Origin: an uncultured virus (IMG/VR IMGVR_UViG_3300027832_000015)
Lineage: Duplodnaviria > Heunggongvirae > Uroviricota > Caudoviricetes
Reading direction: 5' to 3' (one strand)
DNA length: 64,000 bases
Virus record (IMG/VR): IMGVR_UViG_3300027832_000015
Shown: positions 28,501-37,154 of the stretch, one piece after another
Position numbering within the stretch: position 1 is the first letter of the stretch
Layout of the letters: each line of letters starts with the position of its first letter
Translations under genes and position numbers: made by a program
Notes under the pieces: model-generated
The model's database searches: none
Told to the model about the DNA's origin: nothing
Seen by the model: the letters and a program-made list of their open reading frames with translations, nothing else

Positions 28501-30564
28501 GATTTGCTGATCAATCAGATCACTGTCGATGACGCCCATTTTCTGAAGAGCACGAAGTTCGGTCATGCCCTCCATGAGCATGACTGCAAGGGTGATCCCT
28601 GATTCTTGTCTGAGCGGGCCCTCTCCGTTTTCTCCCCAGAATTCCTTGACTTTGTCTTGGTAGTATTTACCGGACAGGATGTGAAGCATGCTTCCTTCGA
28701 AGGCATGGATGCCGACGGGAGGAAAACCCTCCGGCAGGTATTCCGCTGGAAGGAGACCCTGTATGACGCTGTTCAATGCCTCCCCCCACTGCTCGTTACT
28801 CCACTGATCAGGTGGATCCGTCAAAGCCACCACCCCATTTTTACCCACCGCATAGGTGACACCACGATTGTTCCAATCGTCAATGACCAGTTTCTGAACA
28901 GCGGCGTACTGCTGCAGATGGCCCATTTCGTGGTAACCAATATGTCGCGCCTGCGCTTGGAGCGATCCATGCCGCGCGGCAGAAAGGTCAGACGCGTACC
29001 TGTCCTTCCAACGCTCTAGATCGATCTCGCCCTGAAAGAATTCTTGAAGCGCCTGCCATTGCTGACCCTCGCTGCCGGTTCCATCCGTTGAGACGATCCT
29101 GATCTTTCCGTCGTCCAGATAGAAGGCTCCATCATCATCGATCATTGGTCGCAGAACTTGGACGAGCGGGTTGACCTCCATGGTCATGCCGAAACCAGTA
29201 GTGTTTTGGTAACTAATTGGAGAGAGTTCCGCTTCGGTCAACCAGTAATTTTCGAGATTCCCATTTTCGCGACCGGCATCGTATGGCCTGAAAGTTATTT
29301 TTTTGAGGAGGCGCACTGATTCAGGGTCGTCATGGAACTCGTGGAGGATGGACTCAAGAGTCCCTCTGAGTACATCGTGATGTCGATCAACGAGGATCTC
29401 CACCATCTTTGCCGCGTCCGCTGGGTCAACTGACGGATCAACGTAGTCGAGGTAATCCTGACGAAGCCTCGCATCCAGATTCTGGAGATTCTCCAAAAGA
29501 GTTTTGTTCGGGTCGTAGACGGAATCTCCAAAAATGCCGGAGAACAAGCCTTCGAATTCGACATCCCACATGCCGTTGTTCCTCAGACCCAAAATGGTGT
29601 CCCACAAGTCTGCGTTTAGGTCGGTATCACCAGTTGCAGACACCATCTTTCGCAACGTGTCCAGCGCTGCATCTTTTTCCGCAAGCCGTTGATCGAAAAC
29701 GCTTTTTGGGGCAAGCATCTGCGAGGCCGCTTCCATTGCGCGCCTGTTGGAAGCAAAACGCGGATCATCCGCATCAGCTTCCAGCATCTCCATGTACCGC
29801 CCCATCGCTACATGGTTGTTGAACCAACTACCTACACGACCAAGCCGTCGGATGGCGGATACTGGGGCCACGAAACAGTTGGTCCCGAACTCGTCCGTGA
29901 ACTGGTTTGCTGCCGGAGTTCCGGGAGGACAACGGAATTTTCCTAGTTCGTCGACGATGACACCAATTGCTCTCGCTGAGCGGGAACCGAGACTGCCGCC
30001 GGGGACAACTGAGCCGATGCTCCTACCGAGAGCTTTCGTTTCCACTCCGTCAGGAAGAGACTTGACGTTTACCGTTCGCTTCGAATCTTCGATCCTTGCG
30101 CCAGTTCTTGGGTCCGCTTCGTATTCGTTGACAATAATTTTCGGCGTCTTTTTTTTGAAGGCAAGCGCCTCCATCATCCCCAATCGCCGCTCGTCTGGTC
30201 GAAGTTCCTTGGGGGGAGAAACCCACCCGAAGTTTGGTTCATCGCCCTTGCGGAGCATATCCTTTGCGGTCACATGCAATTTTAGAACATCGCCGGGTTG
30301 ACGCGTCTTGTTCGGCGCAAACCTTACTTCTGGTATGGTCTCCTTGACACCGGAACCGGCGGTCCTCTTCTGGGACTCCTTGTCGTTCCCGCCGACGGCG
30401 TCGCCGATGAGCGCTTTGACGGACCACTCTGCATCAATCTCTGATCTGGTGCTGGAGATTGCAGCGTGAATACGGAACTGTTGGCCTAGCCACTCGTAAT
30501 CACGACGGTGGGTGCCTAAAACTCGTTCCGAATGTATATATCTGGTGGCTCGGGTTAGGGCCAT
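25522..30564 (-). CDS. giant modular head-operon protein: RCPxG box, HExxH peptidase, two divergent ART-like domains
   Basis: 1680 aa; HEMGH at 28932-28918; IVVPKGSRG...LTLPPGSF (VIP2-like); RPLIGH...YGESDIVLRPEV...GD...ETAIAGG...DIERI (DUF3626-like). Confidence 0.68.
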   Translation of the reverse strand: MALTRATRYIHSERVLGTHRRDYEWLGQQFRIHAAISSTRSEIDAEWSVKALIGDAVGGNDKESQKRTAGSGVKETIPEVRFAPNKTRQPGDVLKLHVTAKDMLRKGDEPNFGWVSPPKELRPDERRLGMMEALAFKKKTPKIIVNEYEADPRTGARIEDSKRTVNVKSLPDGVETKALGRSIGSVVPGGSLGSRSARAIGVIVDELGKFRCPPGTPAANQFTDEFGTNCFVAPVSAIRRLGRVGSWFNNHVAMGRYMEMLEADADDPRFASNRRAMEAASQMLAPKSVFDQRLAEKDAALDTLRKMVSATGDTDLNADLWDTILGLRNNGMWDVEFEGLFSGIFGDSVYDPNKTLLENLQNLDARLRQDYLDYVDPSVDPADAAKMVEILVDRHHDVLRGTLESILHEFHDDPESVRLLKKITFRPYDAGRENGNLENYWLTEAELSPISYQNTTGFGMTMEVNPLVQVLRPMIDDDGAFYLDDGKIRIVSTDGTGSEGQQWQALQEFFQGEIDLERWKDRYASDLSAARHGSLQAQARHIGYHEMGHLQQYAAVQKLVIDDWNNRGVTYAVGKNGVVALTDPPDQWSNEQWGEALNSVIQGLLPAEYLPEGFPPVGIHAFEGSMLHILSGKYYQDKVKEFWGENGEGPLRQESGITLAVMLMEGMTELRALQKMGVIDSDLIDQQIEWMNGKSDINSPVTPSGPPKWSPAPPGNTPPPTPPNIPATNPPNSPPGSPVPDDTELSIIPSEITWMVDKETGEILSTQGPWDLMERYFIARHGGRPDDKRGGNQEIPRKSIARTWGWPDVPYSQLGADGLDGRFKVLQTDADQLLERIDAGEQLDDDDTARLWMASKGMAQIADENARRRNASDKIRQERSSKFERNDSGKIFRKSKKPYKKNAGDDDEIYDDDRYRQAMIQTEQSIPGRYPDAPKSWTEDPAGHGSEQSMEAMRSMNNVEQAAMTKDLKERNKSYVHGGTDLEDAVKRAAEVRGQEVDNTGPHPSPSKEIAETILPVLDAMERNPVSETVEGYVIFDDGDDLIPIDTYIEAEDGRSFQLLLDGLRSKRSRGFVELQVVSSREESNIDYANSGNRTKIVVPKGSRGMWRENEDGENSKLTLPPGSFDVVEDVDGVQTMIPSRQESSSDFAGRLLGDMSEWGNPGSVAEMRERSDLERVLRGRQVEQPRHVRSHFSQDSAVRTKMIKRRNDMDRGFADNSIEPFNPDFSARDQTLDRSTATSMILTADRLADGDLSDNLRTADGREFSMTPETRDFIERSGSDAVTKKVAEAAEQWHEGVDRRVRSRVSSDELNDLLETGSPTRADRSMMMAEFERNNGWPTGAPPDSRPLIGHATHAVHDNIVDDLLERSGRGGFPALRRSGFFDHSGDSPHGPLSPYGESDIVLRPEVSMRSAYALGDILRDPAAMTRLNDTDPRRYASQLAVSRRGEGDTALRMGNLLHAGLTGDFRGVQMRDMPPEVEQNGMMTRLPRSFGSADIPMETAIAGGFDIADIERIDVPIDSLGWKRLELRRGDIDFQASGTAQNLKRAGWSDAEIDFLLESLSNGRLPNIKSANLLRQHRAANADRIRFDRAGVNVRYTNADGIDLFSRRDLTSSTDSGARIGRVRNVEEALLVRLDDEVSARQATLRPIVQQGMRNMRGSKSLDSHSPVYEAALREVGE

Positions 30565-30587
30565 TGGGACCCACTCTTTCCCGGCGC

Positions 30588-31940
30588 TCAGGCGAGACCG
30601 TCGACGTCGCCGTCCTCGTTGGTTAGCATTTCGAACTCCGCAATCGACTGCATGAACGCGGCATCAACGTCCGAAAGGACATCTGCCTTCTTTGAGGCCG
30701 ACCAGTTGGCGGGAAGCATGTCTTCCTTGCCCATTTCACGAGCGCGCTTCATGATGTGCTTCTTCGCCGTCTCCTTGTCGGCTGCGCGACCGTGGGCCAT
30801 GATGGCGTTACGGAGATCGTCGACGTTGGAGATAGGGAACGAACCGTCAGACATGGCGAGGCCCTCTTTGGCCATCTCCTCACGCTGTTCCTCGTTGAAG
30901 GCGCGCTTGAGGGCGATCTCTGCGGCTTCCGCCTCGATTTCTTCTGCCTCGTCCGGCTCGTAAGCGTCGTATCCAAGAACCTCGCCGTCGAGGGCGACGA
31001 ACACGTCGTACGACTTTCCGTCAATTCCATCAATCTCGACTGCGTAGCAGTCAAAACCTTCGAAGGTGTCTGGTTCGACCGCCATCACTGAACCATCGAG
31101 CCCGTCGAGGCTTTTCACTGCGATATCGCATGCCTCGGTGAAGCCGATAAGTTCCGTTTCCTCGTACAAAGACTTCTGCTCGAAAACTGAATCGTCGAGG
31201 CGATGGAAGGCGAGAACTTCGCCCGTAGTTCCTTCCATGTAGACCTCGATCGCTCGCCCATCCTTGACTTGAAGATCGACGATGTAGACGTCGCTGCTCT
31301 GGGCGTAGCCGGAATCAATAACCGTTCCGTCGAACTCGGCCTCCGCTTTGCCTTCAATCTCGATGAGACCCGGCATCCCCTTCTCCGACATGCACCCGCC
31401 CGGGCAGTCGTCGCACATGCCGCTGCTTCCGGAGTAAACCTTGCGATCGATTGCGCAAAGGAATCCGGATTTACCGACGTTTGCTGTTTTCTTGCCCATC
31501 GTATTCAGGCGACGCTTGCGGGCATCACCCATCCAGCGCTTGGCGACGGGGGCGTCCTCTTCGTCTTCGTCGTCTTCGTCGTCTTCGTCGTCTACGGCGG
31601 TGTCGTCGTCGGTCTCGGGATCTGACTCGACGTCGGTGGCGTCTTCCTCGTCGGCCTCGGGATCAACGTCGGGGGCGTCCTCGTCTTCCTCTTCTTCGTC
31701 GTCAATTTCAGAGCCAACGGCGGCGAGTGCCTTTTCCACCAACTCGTCCTCGTCGTCGATTTCTTCCATTTCCTCATCGGAAACTGGAACCATCTTCATG
31801 GAAACGGGTATTGCTCCGCACTTTCCACAGACTTTCGCGCCCGCCGTGTATCCGCACTCATCTCCACTGAGACCTTTTGCGCACTTAAGAACACCACCGT
31901 CAGCGTCAATCTTGACAACTGCTTTCTCGTCGTAACTCAT
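30588..31940 (-). CDS. acidic head-operon protein with Cys clusters, PepSY-like repeats and DUF6582-like C-terminus
   Basis: ATG 31940 after AAGGAG; CGKCG, CDDCPGGC; two Y-x-V-[ED]...GEVL repeats; DGSFPI...LRNAIMAHGRA...HIMKRAREMG...LPANW. Confidence 0.7.
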   Translation of the reverse strand: MSYDEKAVVKIDADGGVLKCAKGLSGDECGYTAGAKVCGKCGAIPVSMKMVPVSDEEMEEIDDEDELVEKALAAVGSEIDDEEEEDEDAPDVDPEADEEDATDVESDPETDDDTAVDDEDDEDDEDEEDAPVAKRWMGDARKRRLNTMGKKTANVGKSGFLCAIDRKVYSGSSGMCDDCPGGCMSEKGMPGLIEIEGKAEAEFDGTVIDSGYAQSSDVYIVDLQVKDGRAIEVYMEGTTGEVLAFHRLDDSVFEQKSLYEETELIGFTEACDIAVKSLDGLDGSVMAVEPDTFEGFDCYAVEIDGIDGKSYDVFVALDGEVLGYDAYEPDEAEEIEAEAAEIALKRAFNEEQREEMAKEGLAMSDGSFPISNVDDLRNAIMAHGRAADKETAKKHIMKRAREMGKEDMLPANWSASKKADVLSDVDAAFMQSIAEFEMLTNEDGDVDGLA

Positions 31941-32124
31941 CGTTGCTGGCTCCTTACAGTGCATGTTCTTGAGTAGACAATCATTTTGAAAATACTACAC
32001 CTTCACATGGCATCATAGCCTTAAGGCGTGGAGACCACGCAGAAGTATTTGGGGTAATTTTCACTAAGACCGTTTGTCAAATTGTACCCTAGATTGGTGT
32101 TGGTTGAGGGGAAAGCCCAAATAA

Positions 32125-35100
32125 TCAATTGTTCGGGATGCTGACAGTCCTTCCTTGAGAGTTTGTCCTCTCCTGTGTCCGGCTAGTTATTTCTTCAGTT
32201 GTCCCCGTTATGAATGTTCCCATCGCTGCTTCAGCAAAAATATCAAGGAGCCTCGTGAAAATGTCTACCCTTGATCCGCCTGTTTCCATTTGTCGATCGA
32301 CCACGACCATGAGGGCGTCCATTATCTGGTCTACCTCGTCTTGGGTGACCGTAACTGTTCCGACGTTCGTCCTGCGGTCACCAAGTTTTCCGGAGTCTTG
32401 ACGGCCCATAATGCCCTGCAAGAGTCTAAGCGCGTCAGATGTTTGTCTGTCGCTGCTTGAGCGTGCTTCTCTAATTTCCTTGTCGAGAGAATCTTCAATC
32501 TTTTTGAAGAATGTTGCCTCTTCAATAATCTGGGTGCGACCCTTTTTCTCGGAGCGAAGGCCGCCAACGCTTCTCGAATTCGCATATTCCTGAACAGATT
32601 CACTTGGCTTATAGTTGCGCATTGAGCGCATGCCAGCCTCTGAAAGGAAACGCGCAGCCCCCGTTCCGGTATTAGGGATATCGTCTTCATCAATCCCGCC
32701 GACCCGGAGGGCAGCGGCCGAGTCGCCCTGCTCGATGGCGCCATTACGTTGGTAGCCGTCGACCATCTCGCCAATAACCGTATTCAACGATCGTGCCGCT
32801 TGCATACTCGCAGACTCTTTTGCTGTGAGTTCCCTGCCTTGGAACTGCTCCATGTATTCATCGAGCGTGGCTTGCATTGATTCGAGCATCGTCATCGTGA
32901 CCTCGTCGCCCTCGTTGGTAAGATCAGAAAGAGCATCCCAAACCTCTTGATGATCCTCTGATGCATCACCGTCAGCAACGGCGTCGGCGAGACGTGTTTG
33001 GTTCCCTGAGACACGTTTGTCAACTTTAGATAGATCCCGTTTGCGTTGTTCCGTCCATTGGGCCGGGGAGATTTCTGGCGACTGTTCCTCTGGAACTGCG
33101 TCTCCAGTGGGCTGTTCGGGTGGAGCGGATGGACTTGGTGCTGGCGGAGTATTGGCCAATTCCTGAGTGATTTGACGTCGCCGAGACTGGCGTTCTTCCC
33201 TGCGCTCCTGCTCCTCTATCTTCTTGCCTATTTCTGTGGAAAGGCGCCGGAAATCGACTTCCTTCATGCCGCTCTTCTTGGGAGAATAAAAAGCATAGAG
33301 TTCGTCAAACTGCTGATCTGGGGGTAGTTCATCCCATCCTTCGGGTTTGATTTCTTCCCACTTTTTGCCCACATTTTGGCTGTTTGCAATTCTGGTACCC
33401 ATTGGGCGCCCGGGCCGGTTGGCTGTTTCTGCTACAGCCGACGAACGCTCCTCCGGGCCGGGTCGCTTACTGGAACGGAGACCGCTTCCGCGCGCCGACT
33501 GCGCTCCGTCAAGAATTGACCACCCCTTGGGGGAGATGTCGTCAACTTCTAGACCAGCAAACCGATCCCTGATGGGCGGCTCGGATTCAGACTGGCCCCA
33601 TTCCAGAAGGCTGGACATGTTGCGCTTTGTCATGCCGGGAGGTGTTGGTCTTTTACCAGCAAAACCACCGCCCTTCTTGAGATTGGGTGATTCGTATGTC
33701 CCATTTGGCGACAGGGCGGCAAAGTCGATTATGTCTTTTGCCGCACGCATGGGGGCTGGGACTTCGCTGGACTCGTTCCGCTTTGCGTACTCGTTGAACC
33801 CTGACTGAATTCTTTGAGCCAAATCTTGAGGCATCTTTTCAGAGTTGCCTTGGAGCCATTTGTCGAGTTCGGAAAACGCTGTAATTCCCTGAGCATTTTT
33901 CTGCTCCCGTTCCAATGAGCGACGAATGTCGCCGCGCTCATCAGCGTTGAGTTTCAGGGAGACGCCGTTTTCTGGAATCCGAGAGTTGCTCCGGGGTCCC
34001 ATGGAGTTCATTTTCTGACGGTCCGGGTCGAGATTGCCGTCAACCCATTTTCCGTTCCTTGCTCCACCCTTCATCCGTGAAAGAAAGTCCGACAGTTCAA
34101 GGATGGAACCCGAATCATCGTCGCCAATGCGAGAGTTCAGGGTGTCGATAGCAATCTGCAAATTTGAACGATCAATTATCGACGGTCCTGTTTTGGGGTC
34201 GATCTGAGATGCGAGCGATCGCAGCGTATCTGCTACCGGTCGGTCAAGTGATGCGTTGTCGACAAAATCCTGAAGCGTCTCAGCGTAGGAGATACGATCA
34301 CGTGCAGGCGCCGCCAATTCGATCTGATCGCTGTTCTTCCGCGACCTCATTCCACGTCCACGATTTTTCCGAGTAAACCACTCTGCCGCCTCGTTCACTC
34401 CGTCGCGAAGTTTTTTGCTTTTATCTCTAGTGCTGTAAGGGCTATTGTTTGCGGCGCCGGTCAAGGTTGGTTGTTGGACGAATTCTCTCGCCTCGTCAGC
34501 CGACGGGATTCTTTCATTGATCCAACTGATGTCCTCTTCAAGAATGGACCGCTCGACTCGATTGTCATCAAGATCGTTGATCGCCTCAAGCGTCTGATCC
34601 ATGTAGTAGGCGTAGTCGCCCTCTTCGATCACGTCGGCGTCGAAGTTGTCTTTTAGCCACTTTTCTGCCGCCGCCTCCGGATTACTTGAGTTGCGGATCT
34701 CATCAAGTTCATATTTGTTCATTGACAGAGAGCGAGTAGCGGAACGCAGTTGATCGCGCATATCGCTTTCGTCTTTATTCAGATCACTGAGTTTCTCCTC
34801 GACCTGCTCTGCGTAATCAGCCAAGTCGTCAACGTGATTGCTGATTGAAGAAATTCGATCTTCGGATTCCCCAAGTTCGGACAAGTCGTCTAGGAACCAT
34901 GATTCGTAATTATCTGAAAGGCGTTGAGCGTCTTCTGGGGTGAACTTGTCTGCTCCACCCAATCGATTTGCCAATATGGCTGTCGCCAGTTCCGTATTGG
35001 AACGACCTTGTTCTGTTTCAAGAATAGACATTGCCCATAAGTCGTCGTACGACTTTCCGGCACGCTTCTTCATGGCTTCGACTTGTGAAGAAACGATCTC

Positions 35101-37056
35101 TTTAGCTTCGTCAAGCTCGTCCTTGATTTCGGCGAAATCCATTTTTTCAAGACGATTCTTATATGTGTTTTTACGCATAGACCGAAGACCTTCATCTCCG
35201 GTTCCAGTGTTTGCGGATGGCGCCTGCGGAAGGTTCGGTAACTTTGGTGTTGACGGCGTGGCTGGGCGCTCAAAGGGCGAGCCCTCCTGAACCAAGCCAT
35301 CGTTGTCGCCGTCTATTGCGTTTGGATCGAACCGTTGCGTTACGGCCCGCAGGGACCTAAGTGCTTTTTTTGAACCACCCCCAAAGATGTTCTTGCTGGC
35401 ATTATAGATTGCCTGCATGAACTCTTCGGTTGTCCCTGAGAGCACTTTGATTCCGTGCTCGGTCACCTCGACTTCGGTTTTGTGATACTCGAAGATTGGA
35501 TCGAGGGCTTCTTTGACCCTGAAAACCTGCGAGGGGTCGCACTCAATGATGACGTTTTGCTGTTCCTCATTGAAACCCGACATTTCTGACATGTATTCGA
35601 GTGACTTCTCGTCGTCGTCGTGATGCTTCTCTCGCTGACGGAAAATGTCGGCCATCGTCGGCTCGGGCGTTTCCTGAGCGTAAGCCCTACTCGTGGAATG
35701 ATTCGGCTTTGTCCGCATAGAGATCGCTGGCATCCGGGGAGGGACAACGGCACTCATGGGCTGGAAGGTCATCTGAGGAACGACCCTTTCCGGCTTTCCG
35801 AACATGTACTGCTGCGTTTCCCGGTCCCAATGATACGGAAGGCGGTAGTACTTCTTCATTCCTTCTTTCATCTTCGCAAAGACGACGAGGTTCCCGGTTG
35901 CGGTCATCAATTGGATTGGAGCCTGAACCCGTGAAGCGATCTCTATTTCAAGAGAATTTCGCTTTTCTGGGCTAAGAGGCTGAGCCGCTCCGTCGGAGAA
36001 GATGTCACGATTCGGTTCCGGCTTCCTTGCCGAAATCATCTGCATCATCATGTGATTCTTCTCGGAGACATCCGTGATCTCGTCATCAAAATCGATTTCG
36101 TCGCCCCAGACGCTCTTCACTTGCTCAAGTACGTGATCGAGAGCAATTTCCTCAAACTCTTCCTCGAAAAATGATTCGTAATCAGAGAAATCGAACTCTT
36201 GTTTCCATTCAGCATCTTTTTTCTTTGAGCTTTCGTAGCGCTCAAGGAGTCGGCGACCCTTTGCGGCAAGTTTTGCGGCATCGCTACGGTCCTGAGGGGA
36301 TGGTTCTCCCCATGCTGCAGCAGAAAGCGCTAGTCGGGTCGGCTTGCCGTCCGGTTTCTTCATTGGGCCCGAAGGATTCGTGAAGAATCGCGTCAAGAAA
36401 GAGCCCTTCCTGCACATCTTCTGCGGCGTGTTTGCGGCTCCGCGAACTCCCGGCTTCAGGTTTGCGCCATCCGTCTGAGCGAAGTGACTGCGCCCCTCGG
36501 CGGTCAGACCACCCTCAGGGTCTTTGAGTTTGGCTTGCTTGATTGAGATCGTTCCAGTCAACTGGTTCGCTCCGTGGAGAACCGGGCTGACCTCGTAAAG
36601 TTCGACTTCCTTTAGGACGTTCGCCTGCTTTGAAGGGTCGAAAACTGCGTCGAGCGTTTTGTATCCAATTGACCATTCCTGCTCAAGGCCGAAGAATTGG
36701 ACATTGGAAAACGCCTCGCGACCTTTTTCTGAGTTCAGGTTGAACTGAACCTTCGCGTACAGTCCGCCAATTCCTGCCCTTTTCATCTTTTCTGGGAGAC
36801 GAGGGTCGGAGGCTGGAACCTCATAAATCTCAAGGATTTTCCCGATTGGGTCGTTCCAGTTGTGTCCCCATACGACGCGCGGCTTCCTGCGCTTCAGGCT
36901 TCCGTCGAACACTCCGGGTGCGCAAATATCACCGACGGAGTCCTTGTTGCCGATTCCGGCGACGAAACACTCCACGATGCCCTTGGCATCATTTACGGAA
37001 ACTTGACCGGCGGGTGCCGCTTTGAACTCGATATCATCGAATTGTGAATCAGGCAT
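32125..37056 (-). CDS. HK97-family prohead protease fused to a ~1450-aa modular extension
   Basis: GNKDSVGD, WGHNWNDPIG, WSIGY, ELYEVSPVLHGAN in the first ~180 aa; then DUF6321-like domain, DGDNDG box and G[LM]RS linkers; ATG 37056 follows AAGGGAG. Confidence 0.9.
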   Translation of the reverse strand: MPDSQFDDIEFKAAPAGQVSVNDAKGIVECFVAGIGNKDSVGDICAPGVFDGSLKRRKPRVVWGHNWNDPIGKILEIYEVPASDPRLPEKMKRAGIGGLYAKVQFNLNSEKGREAFSNVQFFGLEQEWSIGYKTLDAVFDPSKQANVLKEVELYEVSPVLHGANQLTGTISIKQAKLKDPEGGLTAEGRSHFAQTDGANLKPGVRGAANTPQKMCRKGSFLTRFFTNPSGPMKKPDGKPTRLALSAAAWGEPSPQDRSDAAKLAAKGRRLLERYESSKKKDAEWKQEFDFSDYESFFEEEFEEIALDHVLEQVKSVWGDEIDFDDEITDVSEKNHMMMQMISARKPEPNRDIFSDGAAQPLSPEKRNSLEIEIASRVQAPIQLMTATGNLVVFAKMKEGMKKYYRLPYHWDRETQQYMFGKPERVVPQMTFQPMSAVVPPRMPAISMRTKPNHSTSRAYAQETPEPTMADIFRQREKHHDDDEKSLEYMSEMSGFNEEQQNVIIECDPSQVFRVKEALDPIFEYHKTEVEVTEHGIKVLSGTTEEFMQAIYNASKNIFGGGSKKALRSLRAVTQRFDPNAIDGDNDGLVQEGSPFERPATPSTPKLPNLPQAPSANTGTGDEGLRSMRKNTYKNRLEKMDFAEIKDELDEAKEIVSSQVEAMKKRAGKSYDDLWAMSILETEQGRSNTELATAILANRLGGADKFTPEDAQRLSDNYESWFLDDLSELGESEDRISSISNHVDDLADYAEQVEEKLSDLNKDESDMRDQLRSATRSLSMNKYELDEIRNSSNPEAAAEKWLKDNFDADVIEEGDYAYYMDQTLEAINDLDDNRVERSILEEDISWINERIPSADEAREFVQQPTLTGAANNSPYSTRDKSKKLRDGVNEAAEWFTRKNRGRGMRSRKNSDQIELAAPARDRISYAETLQDFVDNASLDRPVADTLRSLASQIDPKTGPSIIDRSNLQIAIDTLNSRIGDDDSGSILELSDFLSRMKGGARNGKWVDGNLDPDRQKMNSMGPRSNSRIPENGVSLKLNADERGDIRRSLEREQKNAQGITAFSELDKWLQGNSEKMPQDLAQRIQSGFNEYAKRNESSEVPAPMRAAKDIIDFAALSPNGTYESPNLKKGGGFAGKRPTPPGMTKRNMSSLLEWGQSESEPPIRDRFAGLEVDDISPKGWSILDGAQSARGSGLRSSKRPGPEERSSAVAETANRPGRPMGTRIANSQNVGKKWEEIKPEGWDELPPDQQFDELYAFYSPKKSGMKEVDFRRLSTEIGKKIEEQERREERQSRRRQITQELANTPPAPSPSAPPEQPTGDAVPEEQSPEISPAQWTEQRKRDLSKVDKRVSGNQTRLADAVADGDASEDHQEVWDALSDLTNEGDEVTMTMLESMQATLDEYMEQFQGRELTAKESASMQAARSLNTVIGEMVDGYQRNGAIEQGDSAAALRVGGIDEDDIPNTGTGAARFLSEAGMRSMRNYKPSESVQEYANSRSVGGLRSEKKGRTQIIEEATFFKKIEDSLDKEIREARSSSDRQTSDALRLLQGIMGRQDSGKLGDRRTNVGTVTVTQDEVDQIMDALMVVVDRQMETGGSRVDIFTRLLDIFAEAAMGTFITGTTEEITSRTQERTNSQGRTVSIPNN

Positions 37057-37154
37057 GGTTTCTCTCCCTTTGATCATTATCAATGATAAACGACTGGAGA
37101 GTAGGCTGATGCAACTACGGCATTGTAATTATTCTGTTTACGGAAACAGGGGTG

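Noticed and set aside
31558..31592. tcttcgtcg tandem repeat
   Set aside because: Simply encodes the Asp/Glu tract of the acidic protein
13056..37056. Standard MuF (gp7-like) toxin locus
   Set aside because: No MuF signature (such as the HPNCRC-type motif) found by eye in any of these proteins; an HMM search should confirm
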